A DNA stretch of 64,000 nucleotides from Lama guanicoe. Taxonomy: Eukaryota. The notes under the pieces are model-generated. The model was not told the DNA's origin, searched no databases, and worked only from the letters and a program-made list of their open reading frames with translations. The position numbers were made by a program, and so were the translations under genes. Shown in pieces: positions 23,948 to 35,225 of this stretch; the stretch's first letter is position 1, and each line of letters opens with the position of its first letter. Where the stretch lies: positions 8,021,957-8,085,956 of the forward strand of contig MU053881.1 in the NCBI GenBank assembly GCA_013239625.1, written 5' to 3'.

Positions 23948-23966
23948 TCAACTCTAGGGGGCGCTA
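23948..23966 (+). promoter_or_regulatory. Candidate CTCF binding site
   Basis: tcaactctagggggcgcta against the consensus TGGCCACCAGGGGGCGCTA; the last 11 bases are identical. Confidence 0.5.
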
Positions 23967-24019
23967 CCCAGATTGAAGTCTGTGCTGCTGACGTCTTCAC
24001 AGGTGTGAGGCTGGTTTAG

Positions 24020-24170
24020 CGGTGCATGACCTCGCTTAATTCTCATAGCAGTCCCAGGAGGCAGGCTTCCCCATTGTACAGGTATGCAAACAGACTGGGA
24101 GGGTGAGAACTGGCCCAAATGGCACAGCCAGCTAGGGAGGAGCTGGGATCTGACCCCAGAGCTATTTCCC
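24020..24170 (-). mobile_element. MIR SINE fragment
   Basis: ttaattctcatagcagtccc...ccccattgtacagg...aactggcccaaatggcacagccagctag...agctgggatctgacccc. Confidence 0.75.
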
Positions 24171-25189
24171 TCGCTATGCTTCCCCACAGGGTGTCCCCAG
24201 GCGGGTGCTTACCCTCATCACACATGTCGATTGGTTGACAGACAAGTACACTAGGGCTTTGCTGTCTGCAAGGAATTTTGCCAAACAAACAAACAAACAA
24301 GAAACAGGACCTTCTATTACTCTTTCTGCTTCCTTGTGTGTAGGCGCCCAGGGAAAGGGAGACTTAACAGAGAAGAAACCCAGGCATATGTGCTTTTCCC
24401 CTCATCCCCTTTCTCTCCTTCTTATCTGGTCCAGAAGAATAACTTGCAAATTTATGGTGTCTCCTACCAAAAACAAAAGTGTCAAGAATGGAGTAGGGAG
24501 TTGGGATTTGGGGCTGAGTTGGGAGAAATGGTTCTAACAGGTCCTAGTCACCTGCCAGGGAACTCCTGGTATATGGCAGCCTCGCTCCCTTGCGGCAGGC
24601 AGCCTCCCCCCGCCCCCTTCACCTGCCTGTGGTCCTCAGTGATAACGTGTAGTCCTGATCCCACCGCATCTGAAATCACCAGCATCCCACCAGGATCACT
24701 GCGATGGCTGCAGGCCTGGCAGACGGGCAGGGTTCCCTCCCTCCCCGCAGTTCGGTGGCTCAGAGTGGAAGTGTCAAGGAACATTTTCAAGCCTGGCTCC
24801 AGTGCTTGGGTACATGGAGAAACATCTCCAGGATGGCATATACCCAGATGATTAAAGCAGATGTTGGGAGGGGAAACTCCAGGAGTCACCTCAGGCTAGT
24901 GTGCCCTGGGCAGTTCTCCATGTGCAGAAGTGCTAACACACCTGTGCCACAAACTCTCCGGCCACAAATCTTTATTCTCCTTCATTCGCCTGCACTTACT
25001 CAGCGCAACCTTAGGGCAGAACTGCTGAATCCAGGAGGCTGAGCCTGCGGCCAGAAGGTCCCAGATGATCCAGTGCCGCACACCCTGCCCGGCCCAGGAC
25101 ACATCCCTCATTGTAGTTCTCAGGGCACACCATGCCTTTGCTTCCCAGAGAGATCTCTGAACTTGTGACTTGAGATTTTTGTGGAGGGG

Positions 25190-25360
25190 CAGACGGGAGA
25201 ATCTTAGGCTCAGTGATGCCAGGGACCATGTCTCTTTTGCTCACCCCTGCGTCGTCAGATCCTAACACCGTGTCTGGCACATAAGAGACGTACAGTGTTA
25301 CTCGCAGGATGCATGGATGGGGCCATGGATGAATGAAGGATAGATGAGTCAATCAATCGA
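25190..25360 (+). mobile_element. L2 3' end
   Basis: cagggaccatgtctcttttgctcacc...cctaacaccgtgtctggcacataagag...gatgaatgaagga. Confidence 0.75.
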
Positions 25361-26029
25361 GTAATCATTTATTTCAACTTTTTTTTTCTGAAAAGGCAAA
25401 AGGCAAGTAAGAGGCAATCTAAACTCCATACATAACATAAGAAAAAGCAGAATAAAAATAAGTGTAGTCTTTCTCTTTTGGGGTCACCTTTTTGGCGGCT
25501 GCTCTGACTTGCCCTGGTGGGATTGATCTGTGCCTGTGTTTCTTTCCTGCCAAATCTTGGGAAACACCAATGAGACAATTAGCGAGGGTCTCCTGGGCTC
25601 TCCCTGCCAGGGGCATGAAGGGCATTGGGCCTGGGCCGCCTGTCAGTGGTCGGGCAGGAGGTGATATTTGCAGAGGGAGGTGGCGGTGTTGTCGGCTGGT
25701 GAGATTCCAGGAGGCTTTGCAGGCTCCCTGTGGATTTGCAGCATTTATCCTCTGAAATAAGATGTTACATCTTCCAAGGGGCCGAAAGCCCACAAGTCAT
25801 TGACCAGGAGGCATATCGCTCATGCCGTGTGGCACCGTGAAACAGAACAAGGGACGTGCTGGGTGGATCCCGCCTCCAGGGGACTCCTGGTTGGATAATT
25901 TCCAGAACTGGGACGCAGCTTCCCAGGTGAACTGAGCTGCAGAGGTCAGCTGTTGCCCCTCACCAGGGTTCTCGTTCCAGACCTGAGGAGGAGGAGGGCA
26001 GTGCCCTAGACTTCCTTGTTCATCAGAAC

Positions 26030-26300
26030 AGCAGCCGTCACGGTGCTGAGGGTTGTACGTTTTGAGTGTGTGTTATGTGCGGATGCTAAGCTCAGCTCTC
26101 TCAGTGCTCTGTCTCCTTAGAGCCTCCCAGCAACAAGAAGCAGACAGCGGGACCAGTTAGCCCCAGTGTGCAGATAAGGAAACTGAGGCTGTGAGAGATT
26201 TGAGGAACTGGCTCAAAGTCGCATGGCTAGAAGTGGCAGAGTGCCTATTGGAAACCAGCTTGCCTGACTTCAGAGCCCCAAACCATAGCACCTTCAGCCT
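26030..26300 (-). mobile_element. MIR SINE
   Basis: cagataaggaaactgaggctgtgagag...actggctcaaagtcgcatggctagaagtggcagag...cctgacttcagagcc. Confidence 0.8.
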
Positions 26301-26656
26301 CTGAGCGTGTCCACCCATTTTATTGTTTGTGTAAATGAGCACCTATTTCCCCGGCAGGGCTATACAGAGAAAATTTAAAAGGATTTCTTCTCCTCTACAC
26401 GGATGGCCCTTCCTACAATGGATGCTTCTCCCCACGTCTCAGCCACCTTTTCTTCAGGCAGAGATGCAGCCGTGGGTTCTCAAAGCTGAGTGGAGGCATT
26501 TAAATCCCCAGTTCCCGCCCCTGCAGGTGCTGGTTCCTTTGATGGACATGGCAGCCTCTGTTGCTTGCTTCCCTGGGCTTGGCCTAAATCTGGTCTTTGC
26601 CAGAGATCCTGGAGGGACAGCCGAGGGGCATGGAATCAAGTTGCTCATTCTTCCTG

Positions 26657-26790
26657 TTTTTTTTTTTTTTATTTTGATGGCGGAGGTAATTTGGCTTATC
26701 TATTTATTTTTCATGTGGTGGTACTGGGGATTGAACCCAAGACCTCGTGCATGCTAAGCACGCATTCTACCACTGAGCTATACCCTCCCC
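26657..26790 (-). mobile_element. Camelid vic-1-type tRNA-Ala-derived SINE, full length
   Basis: The reverse strand reads ggggagggtatagctcagtggtagaatgcgtgcttagcatgcacgaggtcttgggttcaatccccagtaccacc (Pol III A and B boxes), then an AT-rich tail and poly-A. Partial TSD ctcattctt at 26644-26652 and 26799-26807. Confidence 0.9.
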
Positions 26791-27064
26791 ACAAAGCACT
26801 CATTCTTTAAACCAGTATTTTCCAAAAAATGACGGTCAATATTATTTAGGGATACTTAAAATTTTTTTTTCTAATTTATTATTATGCATTTAATTTCATG
26901 TATACTGGAGAAAAATAGCAGAGTAAACTCTTGATTTTACTGATATTACTATTTTTCCTCTTTAAATAATTTTTCAAATGTGAGCCAATCTCAACAGGGT
27001 TATAAGTAAATATGACAGAAATCTTGAAGTTGGGAAAAATGACAAAAGTTTGGAAAATGCCACA

Positions 27065-27965
27065 TGAAACAAACCTTTACTGAGCACCTACTATTTGCCA
27101 AGCACTCTGCTGGGAACGTCACAATTAATAATGTGTGATGCCTGTCTTGAAGCTCTCCACCCGGTGTGGGAAACAGCCAGACCCACAGTAACACAGGATG
27201 GTAGGTGATGTGTTGACCGCTGAAGAAAGTGCAAATCAAGCCGGATGAAGGAGGAATCCATTTCCCCAGGATCAGTGTAACGGGCTTCAGAGAGGATTGC
27301 CACTTGACCAGGTCCTGAATGTGCCTCCATCACCCAGTTAGGAGTAGGCGCTCTACTGCAGTGAGCAAGCTCCGAATATCATGGAGCTTACACTCTTGTA
27401 GGGAAGAGAGGGCAAATCCTGTTGGTCAAGGAAATGTGACGCCAGCGCAAGTTTTGACAAGCGCCCTGAAGGAAAGACGCTGCAGAATAAGGATGAGGGT
27501 GCTTCCCTGGTGGAACAATTGGAGAAGGTCTCTCTGAGGAGCGGAGAGGAAGCCACCAGTCATGGGAAGAATGGCCCAAGAGCATGCCAAGCAGAGGGAA
27601 GGGGTGTGGGCTGAGGCTTTGAGGGAGGAAAGAACTTTGGCGTCCTAGGAACAGGAAGCAAGAGGGAAAGTGGTCCCCAGGCCAAACAGCAAAGGGCCTT
27701 GGGGGCCACAGTGAAGAGTGACTTTGATTCTACACTCAGGGAGAAGTCAAAGGGAGGAAGTGAGAGGTTGTCTGGCAGACATTTGGGGAAATGGACTCTC
27801 CTGGTCGGGGACGGTTTGAGCAAAGGCCCAGAGATGTGAAAAAGCATGATGAACTTCAGGAAGGGCCAGTATAGCTCATGCCAGAAGAAGCAGGGGTGAA
27901 GCTGGAGCAGCAGGTTGGAGCCCATTGGTCTAAGGCATCAGATGTCACACCAGGTGCCTTGGACT
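27065..27965 (-). mobile_element. L2 LINE, continuing at ~28860-29070 after the L1
   Basis: tttactgagcacctactatttgccaagcactctgctgg...atggagcttacactcttgtagggaagag...agaaggtctctctgaggag...caaaggcccagagatgtgaaaaagcatg. Confidence 0.75.
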
Positions 27966-27974
27966 TAACATCTA

Positions 27975-28858
27975 TTTTTTCAATTGTGGTAAAAGAGACA
28001 TAACATATAATTTACCACCTTAACCATTTTGAAGTGTACAGTTCAGTAGTGTTGAGTATTTTCCCGGCGTTGTGCAAGCCATCTCCAGAACTCTTTTCAT
28101 CTTACCAAACTGAAACACTATACCCGTTAGGAAACAGCTCTGCCTGTTTCCCCACCAGCCTCAAACCCCAGCAACCACCACTCTGCTTTCCATCTCTGCA
28201 AGTTTGACTACCCAGATACCTTACCCAAGTGGAGTCACACAGTGTTTGTCTTTTTGTGTCTGGCTTGTTTTACTTACAATAATGTCCTCAAGGTTCATCC
28301 ACACTGTAGCACGTGTCAGAGTGTCCTTCCTTCTTATGGCAGAATAATATTCCATTGTATGGATGTACCACATTTTGTTTCTCCATTCATCTATCAACAA
28401 GAGTTCCTTCCACCTCTTGGCCATTGGGAATAATGCAGCTGTGAACATGGACGTACAAATACTTCTTCAAGACCCTGATTTCCATTCTTTTGGGTACATA
28501 CCCAGAAACAGAATTGCTGGATCTTTTGGTAATTCCATTTTTAACTTTTGGAGGAACCACCATCCTGTTTTCCAAATCATCTGCACCATTTTACATTTCC
28601 ACCCACAGTGTAAAAGGGTTGCAACTTCACATCCTCACCAACACTTATTATTGGGAAATAATACAATTTTTAATAGCAGCCATCCTATTGTGTGTAATGG
28701 GGTATCTCATCGTGGTTTTGATTTTCATTTTCCTAACAATTAGTGATGTTGAGCATCTTTTCATATGCCTGTTGGCCATCTCTGTCTCTTCTCTGGAGAA
28801 AAGTCTATTCATTTCTTTTGCCCATTTTTTGACTGGGTTGTTTTGTTGTTGTTGCTGA
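27975..28858 (-). mobile_element. L1M (L1MB-like) 3' end including decayed ORF2 C-terminus
   Basis: ttgtggtaaaa...aatttaccaccttaaccattttgaagtgtacagttcagt (L1MB 3'UTR). The minus-strand ORF 28221-28448, [14 protein letters not shown]...[19 protein letters not shown], is the L1 ORF2 tail motif. Confidence 0.92.
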
Positions 28859-29635
28859 GTGGAATTTACCTCCTAAGCAGTGACAAGTTAAAGGGTTGTT
28901 AAGCAGGGTATTATCATAGTTAGATCCAAACTGCAGAAATGGAGGTCTGGCAGTAGGAAAGATGTGTTGGAGGGTAGAAACACGAATCTTTGCTCCCAGG
29001 GAGCTGGCTTTGTGATGATCCAGTTGAGAAATAGCAAGAGCCGGAACCAAGGCAGTGGTGATGACTAACTGAAGAGCTAATTACATCCACTCACTCCTGA
29101 AAACTGCAGTCCCCAAAATCAGAGATCTGCGTAACCCCCTAGAGAAATGGGCTCCTTCTCAGGACCTCATATCCACCCTTCTACAATTGGGTGGGTGGAC
29201 TCAGACTTCCGGCTCTTTGGGAACTATGGCTTGTAGTTTTATGATGACCCTGAATTCTGAGTCACTGCTTCTGGAGAAAAACACCATGTCATTGAGTGCC
29301 CTGTGGGACGAAACATAACCTGTGCAAATCACTTTCTGAATCAAGCTGGTAGAGGCTCCAGATTTTACCCATCTGGGTTCATGGGCTGACCCTTGTCAGC
29401 TGGCTTTGAATCCGTTTTCTAGCAGCTGGCTGAGCTCTGAAGTGTGTCATTTTAGCAGTAAGAGGACCAAGACCTCACTTGGTTCCTGCCTTTGAATGTA
29501 ACAAATAATACTTTCTTTCCCTATTTTAGAAAAAGCAATGGAGCTTAGAGTTGGCAAACCTGGGCTTGACTTTGGGGCCGAGCACATCACCTTCAGAACC
29601 TCAGTTTCTGCTTCTATAAAAGCAGGGAAACAGCC

Positions 29636-29657
29636 CACACACACACACACACACACA
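29636..29657. repeat. (CA)n microsatellite
   Basis: cacacacacacacacacacaca. Confidence 0.9.
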
Positions 29658-29679
29658 AATTTTTTAACCAGACAAAGAC

Positions 29680-30260
29680 TACAGTCTTCCTCGCTCAGCA
29701 TCCACACCAGTGTCTTCCCTGTGCACTTTCCCGTCCTGAGAGATGGGAACACGAAAAAGGACCATCCCCAGTCTCCCCTGCAGCCAGGCCTCTGGGGGTG
29801 ATTTAATAGCTGCCATCTGATGTGTTTGTCCAAGTCTGGAATCCAGAACTGAGTTAAGTGGGGAGAGAGGGGGTCTGCCAGGGGTCCACCTTGCTGGTGT
29901 GGCTCCAGCAGGCATGGCGTGGCCATGGAGCCAGCAGCTCTGGGTGTAGCTTCCAAATAAATCCCCACGTGGCAGCTAAGATGGTCTGATTCTGGAGCCA
30001 GCAATGGGGGCCACCGCATCCTGCTTCTCCAGCTTGTGCAGAATAGGCGCTCCCTTGGCTGGCCAGTTCTGCAGTGTTACTCCTGCGAGCTGCTCCCAGA
30101 GGTGCACCTGGAGCCTTCTCCTCCAGCACATCCAACAGGTTTGTAAGCATCTAATCCCATTTGCTACAAAATGTATAGATGCTTACAAAATTGTTGGTCT
30201 TCTGGCTTAAACTTTCTAGAGTGGTTCCTGTTACCTGTAACCAATCCCAGACTGGTTTAC
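29680..30260 (+). mobile_element. Old ERVL-type LTR (LTR33/LTR16-like)
   Basis: catccccagtctcccctgcagccagg...gtgatttaa and the 3' end ggcttaaactttctagagtggttcctgttacctgtaacc...gactggtttaca. Confidence 0.55.
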
Positions 30261-30589
30261 AGACAACACAAAATAACAAGCAAATGTTCCTAGTGCCCTT
30301 TGAAGACGCTCAGTGAAAACTGGTTGAGTCTGAGTCTGAAGTTGAGGCTGGTCTTCACCTTGGCAGAGGAGGCTGATGCTGTCCTCTGTGATGAGATCTC
30401 AGGGATGAGAGGAAGGAATTTGTCTACCTTCCCCCCTCCACTCTGCTGAATCCTCCCACCTGCTCATTCATCTCTGGAAGGTGTTGAAAAAGGGAAAAGA
30501 CTTTCTCACTTGGAAGTCAGACTCAAAAACTGAAATGTCCCTGCATTCATTAGACTGGCTTGAGTTGAAATGAGGGGCAGTGGTTGATC

Positions 30590-31420
30590 TAGGCTCCTTT
30601 CCTAAAAGGAAGATTTAAGGAGGAAGTAATGAGAAAGACGGAGGGTGCTGGACCCCATTTTTGCAGGAAGGAGAGAAGCAGGACATAGGGAAAGGAAGCC
30701 AGACGAAGACTAGAGCTAGCAGTGCCCTCAGGCCAAAAGGCCTGTCCCCCGGAAGCATACGGAGTCAGGATGCTCTGCAGACCGTGCCCATACACACCAG
30801 GCAGTCCCATTTCTCTGGCTTCTGTGAGCAGCTGGAAGTTGTCCAGGTTGACTGAAGTACCAAGAGCAGGGGCATCGGTGGTGCGAAGAGAGACTGGAGA
30901 AGTGGGCAGGGGTCAGAGCTTGCAGGGCCTTACGGACCAAGTTAAGGACTTTGGTCTACCTCAGTGTTGGCAAACTTTTTCTATAAAAGTCAAGATGGTC
31001 TATGTCATAACTACTCCCCTCTGCTCTTAGGCGTGAAGGCAGCCACAGACAGTACATAAAGGAGTGTGACTGTGATCCAGTAAACTTCATTTAGACAGCA
31101 GGTTAGATTCAGCCCACGGGCCATGTTTGCTGATGCCAGGCCTAGTCTAAAAGGCGTTTAGGAAAGGATTACTTAATCATATTTATGTTTGTAAAAGAGC
31201 CCTTTGACTTCAGGGTGGGGAGCTGATTGGAGGGAGCAGAGGGGTCCGAGCAGCCCAGGAGGGGGTGATGGTGGCTGAGGTGAGGATGCTGCCAGTGGAG
31301 ACAGACAAGTGAATTGCCCAGATATTTGGAAGTAAAAATAATAGAACTTGGTGATTAAATGGATATACGAATTAAGGAGAGGGAAGTATCAAGACCGATA
31401 CCCAGGTCTCTGGCTGATAG
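30590..31420 (-). mobile_element. L2 fragment interrupted by MER58A
   Basis: gagactggagaagtgggcaggggtcagagcttgcagggcctt...gttaaggactttgg | ...tatgtttgtaaaagagccctttgact...agaacttggtgattaaatggata. Confidence 0.7.
30962..31139 (-). mobile_element. MER58A-like hAT-Charlie element
   Basis: cagtgttggcaaactttttctataaaag...aaggcagccacagacagtacataaa...cagcccacgggccatgtttgctgatgccag. Confidence 0.8.
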
Positions 31421-31469
31421 AATGTTCTGGGGGTCATCTTACTCGCCCTGCTTTTCCTCTTCCACCTAG

Positions 31470-32050
31470 TCATGTGCTCAAGCAAACCAAGTCCCCAGAA
31501 CATTCTCAGTTCAGGCATCTCTCTTCCGATCACGGATGCACTCTCACTGTCCTGGCTGTAAAGGCTCCAGGCTGGAATCACCCTTGACTCCTTTCTTCCT
31601 GCGAGTCCTGCTCTCATTAAGTACCTGATCTGTCAACTCGGCTCCTCAACGCCTGTTAAATGCAAATGTCCTCGCTTTCCACGTCTTCTCAATTCCTAGC
31701 TCAGATAGCGAGACTTTTGATGTAACACGTTCAGGTGGCAAGGGCATCCCAAACTATTTGTCTGCATCAGTTCAGTTCCTGAGTTAGGACGACAAGAGAC
31801 TCTTTATCAAGCAGCGTCCGCCCATAGTTTCCTATTCATTCCCAGTGCCTCGTCCAGCCCAGTCTCAGGCCCAGATTCCTTTCCAGCATCCTCTATAGTT
31901 TATACGTCACGGCTGATCAAACTTCGTGAAGCACTATTTGAGTGAGCCTGTCTGAGAACCTCTGATGGGTGCCCAAGGCCCCCAGACCGAAGCTGGTGGC
32001 CTTCAGCCGGCCTTCTGGCATCATAGAATGTTACAGCCCAGCCCCTCTCT
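31470..32050 (+). mobile_element. L2 fragment, degenerate
   Basis: gctccaggctggaatcacccttgactcc...gtgcccaaggcccccagaccgaagctggtggccttcagcc. Confidence 0.5.
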
Positions 32051-32229
32051 GTGACGGTGGTCTCTCTGTCTTCCCCTTTGGGACCCTTTGGTCCTGGTCA
32101 CGCCCTTCCCCATCCTCGGAGGCACCACGCACACTCCCACCTCTGCAGATTTTTATTCATATTGGTTCCCACCCTCCACTTACTGTGTTCTATGCAGGAT
32201 GGATCTTATTTACAAGGAGGAAGACCTCA

Positions 32230-32420
32230 GTTTGAAACCTTGCACTTGACTGAGTAACACTGTAGCATGAGGCCAGTTACTTAGGGTCTCAGTTTGCTCA
32301 TCTCCTTTGTGAAGTGGGGTTCATTTCATTAACCTTGCAGGGTTGGTAGGAGTATTAACAGAGAAAACTCACATCATGCATTTAGAAAGTGGCAGGTGTC
32401 CAGTAAATATTGCCTTCCTT
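32230..32420 (+). mobile_element. MIR SINE fragment
   Basis: ggccagttacttagggtctcagtttgctcatct...ttgcagggttggtaggagtattaa. Confidence 0.7.
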
Positions 32421-34689
32421 CCCGCACGTCCCCTGAGAGTGGTTTAAATAATTCAGCAAGCATTTATGAATAAAGGTGCAAATAGTGTCTGGCACATAGT
32501 AGGTGAGCAGTAAGGGCTGACTATTTTTTTTCTTCTTTAATTTGAGGAAGTATTAGGCAGAATTTATGAACAAAACAGTTCTCCTTCTGCTTGCCATTCC
32601 ATCATTATGATAATCAGTTTTGGGAACTCAAGAGATCAAGAACCCAGGCGGGGTGGGGAGGCCGCTTGGAGCTGGGACAGGACGGGAAGAGATGCTGCCA
32701 GAGGCAGGAGGAGGGCACTAATGTGTGCATTTCCCAAAATCAACTTCCCCTAATTTTTAATTTTGCTAATGGCTAGTCTTTATTTGAGATGTCATGCTGA
32801 AATAACTCTTTTAATAACGGAGAACTAATGCACTCATTTTTTCCTCTCCCTTCCTCTACATCAGCAAGGACTTGGTGCAATGATGTATATCACCCTTTTA
32901 TTTTAATTAAGCATAGAGCTGTGAGAGGCTTGTCAAAATGTTGCCAACAGAGAAATGCTTTAACGGATGTGAACTTGAAGTTGGCTTGTCCCATATATCT
33001 TTACTACATAAAATCACCCTCTTCCTCTTGCACGTGAGGTGAATGGCTGAGCCGGGTGTGTGCCTCTCAGTGGAAGCACTGAGGGAGTTTGGAAACACAA
33101 AGAGTGTGAGACTGTGAGAGTTTCCCAGAAGATCAGAGAGGAAAGAAAAGCTATTTTTCTGTGCATGATCGTGTGCAGGGAAGTATCTTTTTAGATAGAG
33201 GTTCCCTATCATTTTTCCTTCCACAGGTCAGGTGACAGATGATGTCCAAATACATAGATTTTTGAGAAAAAAAAATTGGATTTTTAAATCAGAGACCTGA
33301 GATTCAGACTGGAGCAGTCTGACGCCAGAGCCTTGCATTTGGCCATCCCTCTAAGTAGCTCCCCTACTGAAGGAGCGTAACAATGTATCAGGACGGTGAG
33401 ATGGCAAAGGCTGTAAATGAATGAACGAGTGATGCGCTGCGGGCACTTATGGGATGGCTTATATCTAATGCATCAATGAATGCAGCATGGAAGACTTGGT
33501 GGTGTGGGTTTTTTTTTTTTTTCAAAAATAGGGAGGGACTCCATTTAAATAAGCCAGAAAAGGAGACAGGGACAGAAACAGACACAGCAACTGACTTAAA
33601 CAAAAGAGGATTTAAGGAGAAGAGACTTTACCCACACTCGAGAAGTAAGCTTGAACTCGGAGAGGGAGAGGGAAGGCGGCAGTTTTGGAATCAGTGCAGA
33701 AGCTCCCTGAATGCCAATACGTCGGCTCGATTCACAAGGGTGGGAAAGAGGCATTAAAACTGAATAAGGAAGTTGGTGAGATGGAGCCCCGCAGCGGGAA
33801 TCTGTATTCCCTCTGTGCAGCCCTGACTGTCTCACTGGTGAATAATTCATTCTGAGATTATCCTCCCTGCCTCTAGTTAAATTGTTGCTCTTGCTCCCCA
33901 GAGAATTACCCCCCCCCCCGTGCATGAAGCTGTTGTGATTTCCCTAAGAGTGAGGCTTCCTGGAGAGGGGAAGTTAGAGACCCAGGGAAGTTCACAGAGA
34001 CAGGGTCTCACAGACTCCGGGTGGGGGGTGGGGCGGCTGAAAGGGCCAGAAGCTCCAGCTGGCTGAAATCTTTGACTCCCGAACATAAGCCAAATTAATC
34101 AAATAAGTATGCACATCTTCCCCGAAGGCAGGGCTGACATCCGCACTTTGTAGCCCTTTCTTGTGTTCCTCTAGAACTGCCCAAAAGGGGCCAGAGAGCC
34201 AAAAGTCCTTTATCTTCCAGAATCAAGGTCAGTGTTACAGATAGTTTGCTGTTCGGGGAACTTGTGGTGCTAGAGATCCCTGCTGGAAAAAATAAAAAAT
34301 GACAGTCACTTCCATATAGAAGAAGCCAAAACCCCCGTTTGATTTTAACCCCTTGGAACCACTTAGTATGTGCTGACCATCGACATGGACCATCATCAAA
34401 GCAAGGTCCTTGAATCGGAGAAAGCATATTGAACGATATCAAACTGAGTGCAAGTCACCAAAATGCGGCATGGAAGAAGGCTCTTTGCTAGGGTCTTCCT
34501 ACTTTTTAATCAACGAGGGAGTGGCCTTAAATAATAAATGCATAGAATCTAAAATATAATCTGTTACTGTTGCTGTTATTATTATTAAAATTATTAGAGT
34601 TGACAAAATAAAGCATTTGGTGACGTTTAATCTGGAAAAGAAAAGCCTAAATAGTGATTCAATTTGTCTTTCTTAGATAAAGGGCTTTG

Positions 34690-35225
34690 TTTGTTTTTAA
34701 TTATAAAAATAAGGGTTCTTTTTCACAAAAAAAAAAAGACCTTATTATCTAATTTTACAGTGTAAAAGTCCCTGTCCTCTCTTGAATTCCTCTCTACGGA
34801 GTTAGCCATCATTAAAAGCTTAGATCTCTTTCCAGAAAATCTCTATACAGGATCAAATGTAATCAGTCTGCATACTGTTTTGAAGTTTGCTGTTTCATCT
34901 AAAATTATATCATGGCTCTTGTTTCCGTGTCAGAACATAAATCTTTCTCGATAAACTGCATGGTGTCCTGTTGTCTAGATGCACTAGAATTTAGTTTAAC
35001 GTTAGCCAGGTAAGCATTGATAGAGATATAAATTGTTTCTAGTATTGCCAAGACAATGCTGCAGTAAACATCCTGTATCTCTACACATTGCTCACAGTGT
35101 ATCTACGGGATAAGTCTCCAGGCGTGGAATGGCTGGGCAGAGGGTATGAACACTTTCTGTTTAGGTAGGTTTTGCTAAGTTGTCCTACGGAGGGCGTTTG
35201 GGTGTCTGTTTTGAGAAGGCTGTTG
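34690..35225 (-). mobile_element. Old L1M (L1ME-like) fragment
   Basis: catactgttttgaagtttgctgtttcatctaaaattatatcatgg...acaatgctgcagtaaacatcctgtat...ggataagtctccaggcgtggaatggctgggcagagggtatg. Confidence 0.7.

Noticed and set aside
26715..26790. tRNA-Ala-like sequence as a tRNA gene
   Set aside because: It is followed by an AT-rich tail and poly-A and has a partial TSD, so it is the head of a SINE.
26460..27062. Possible hAT-Charlie element surrounding the SINE
   Set aside because: Only the termini are suggestive (gtgggttctcaaag ... aaaagtttggaaaatgccac); I could not assign a family or boundaries.
28221..28858. ORFs with recognisable protein motifs ([12 protein letters not shown])
   Set aside because: These are frameshifted remnants of L1 ORF2 within an old L1M copy, not a host gene.
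29447..30019. 190-aa minus-strand ORF
   Set aside because: It runs through an old LTR-like element, a (CA)n repeat and a MIR fragment, with no domain similarity.
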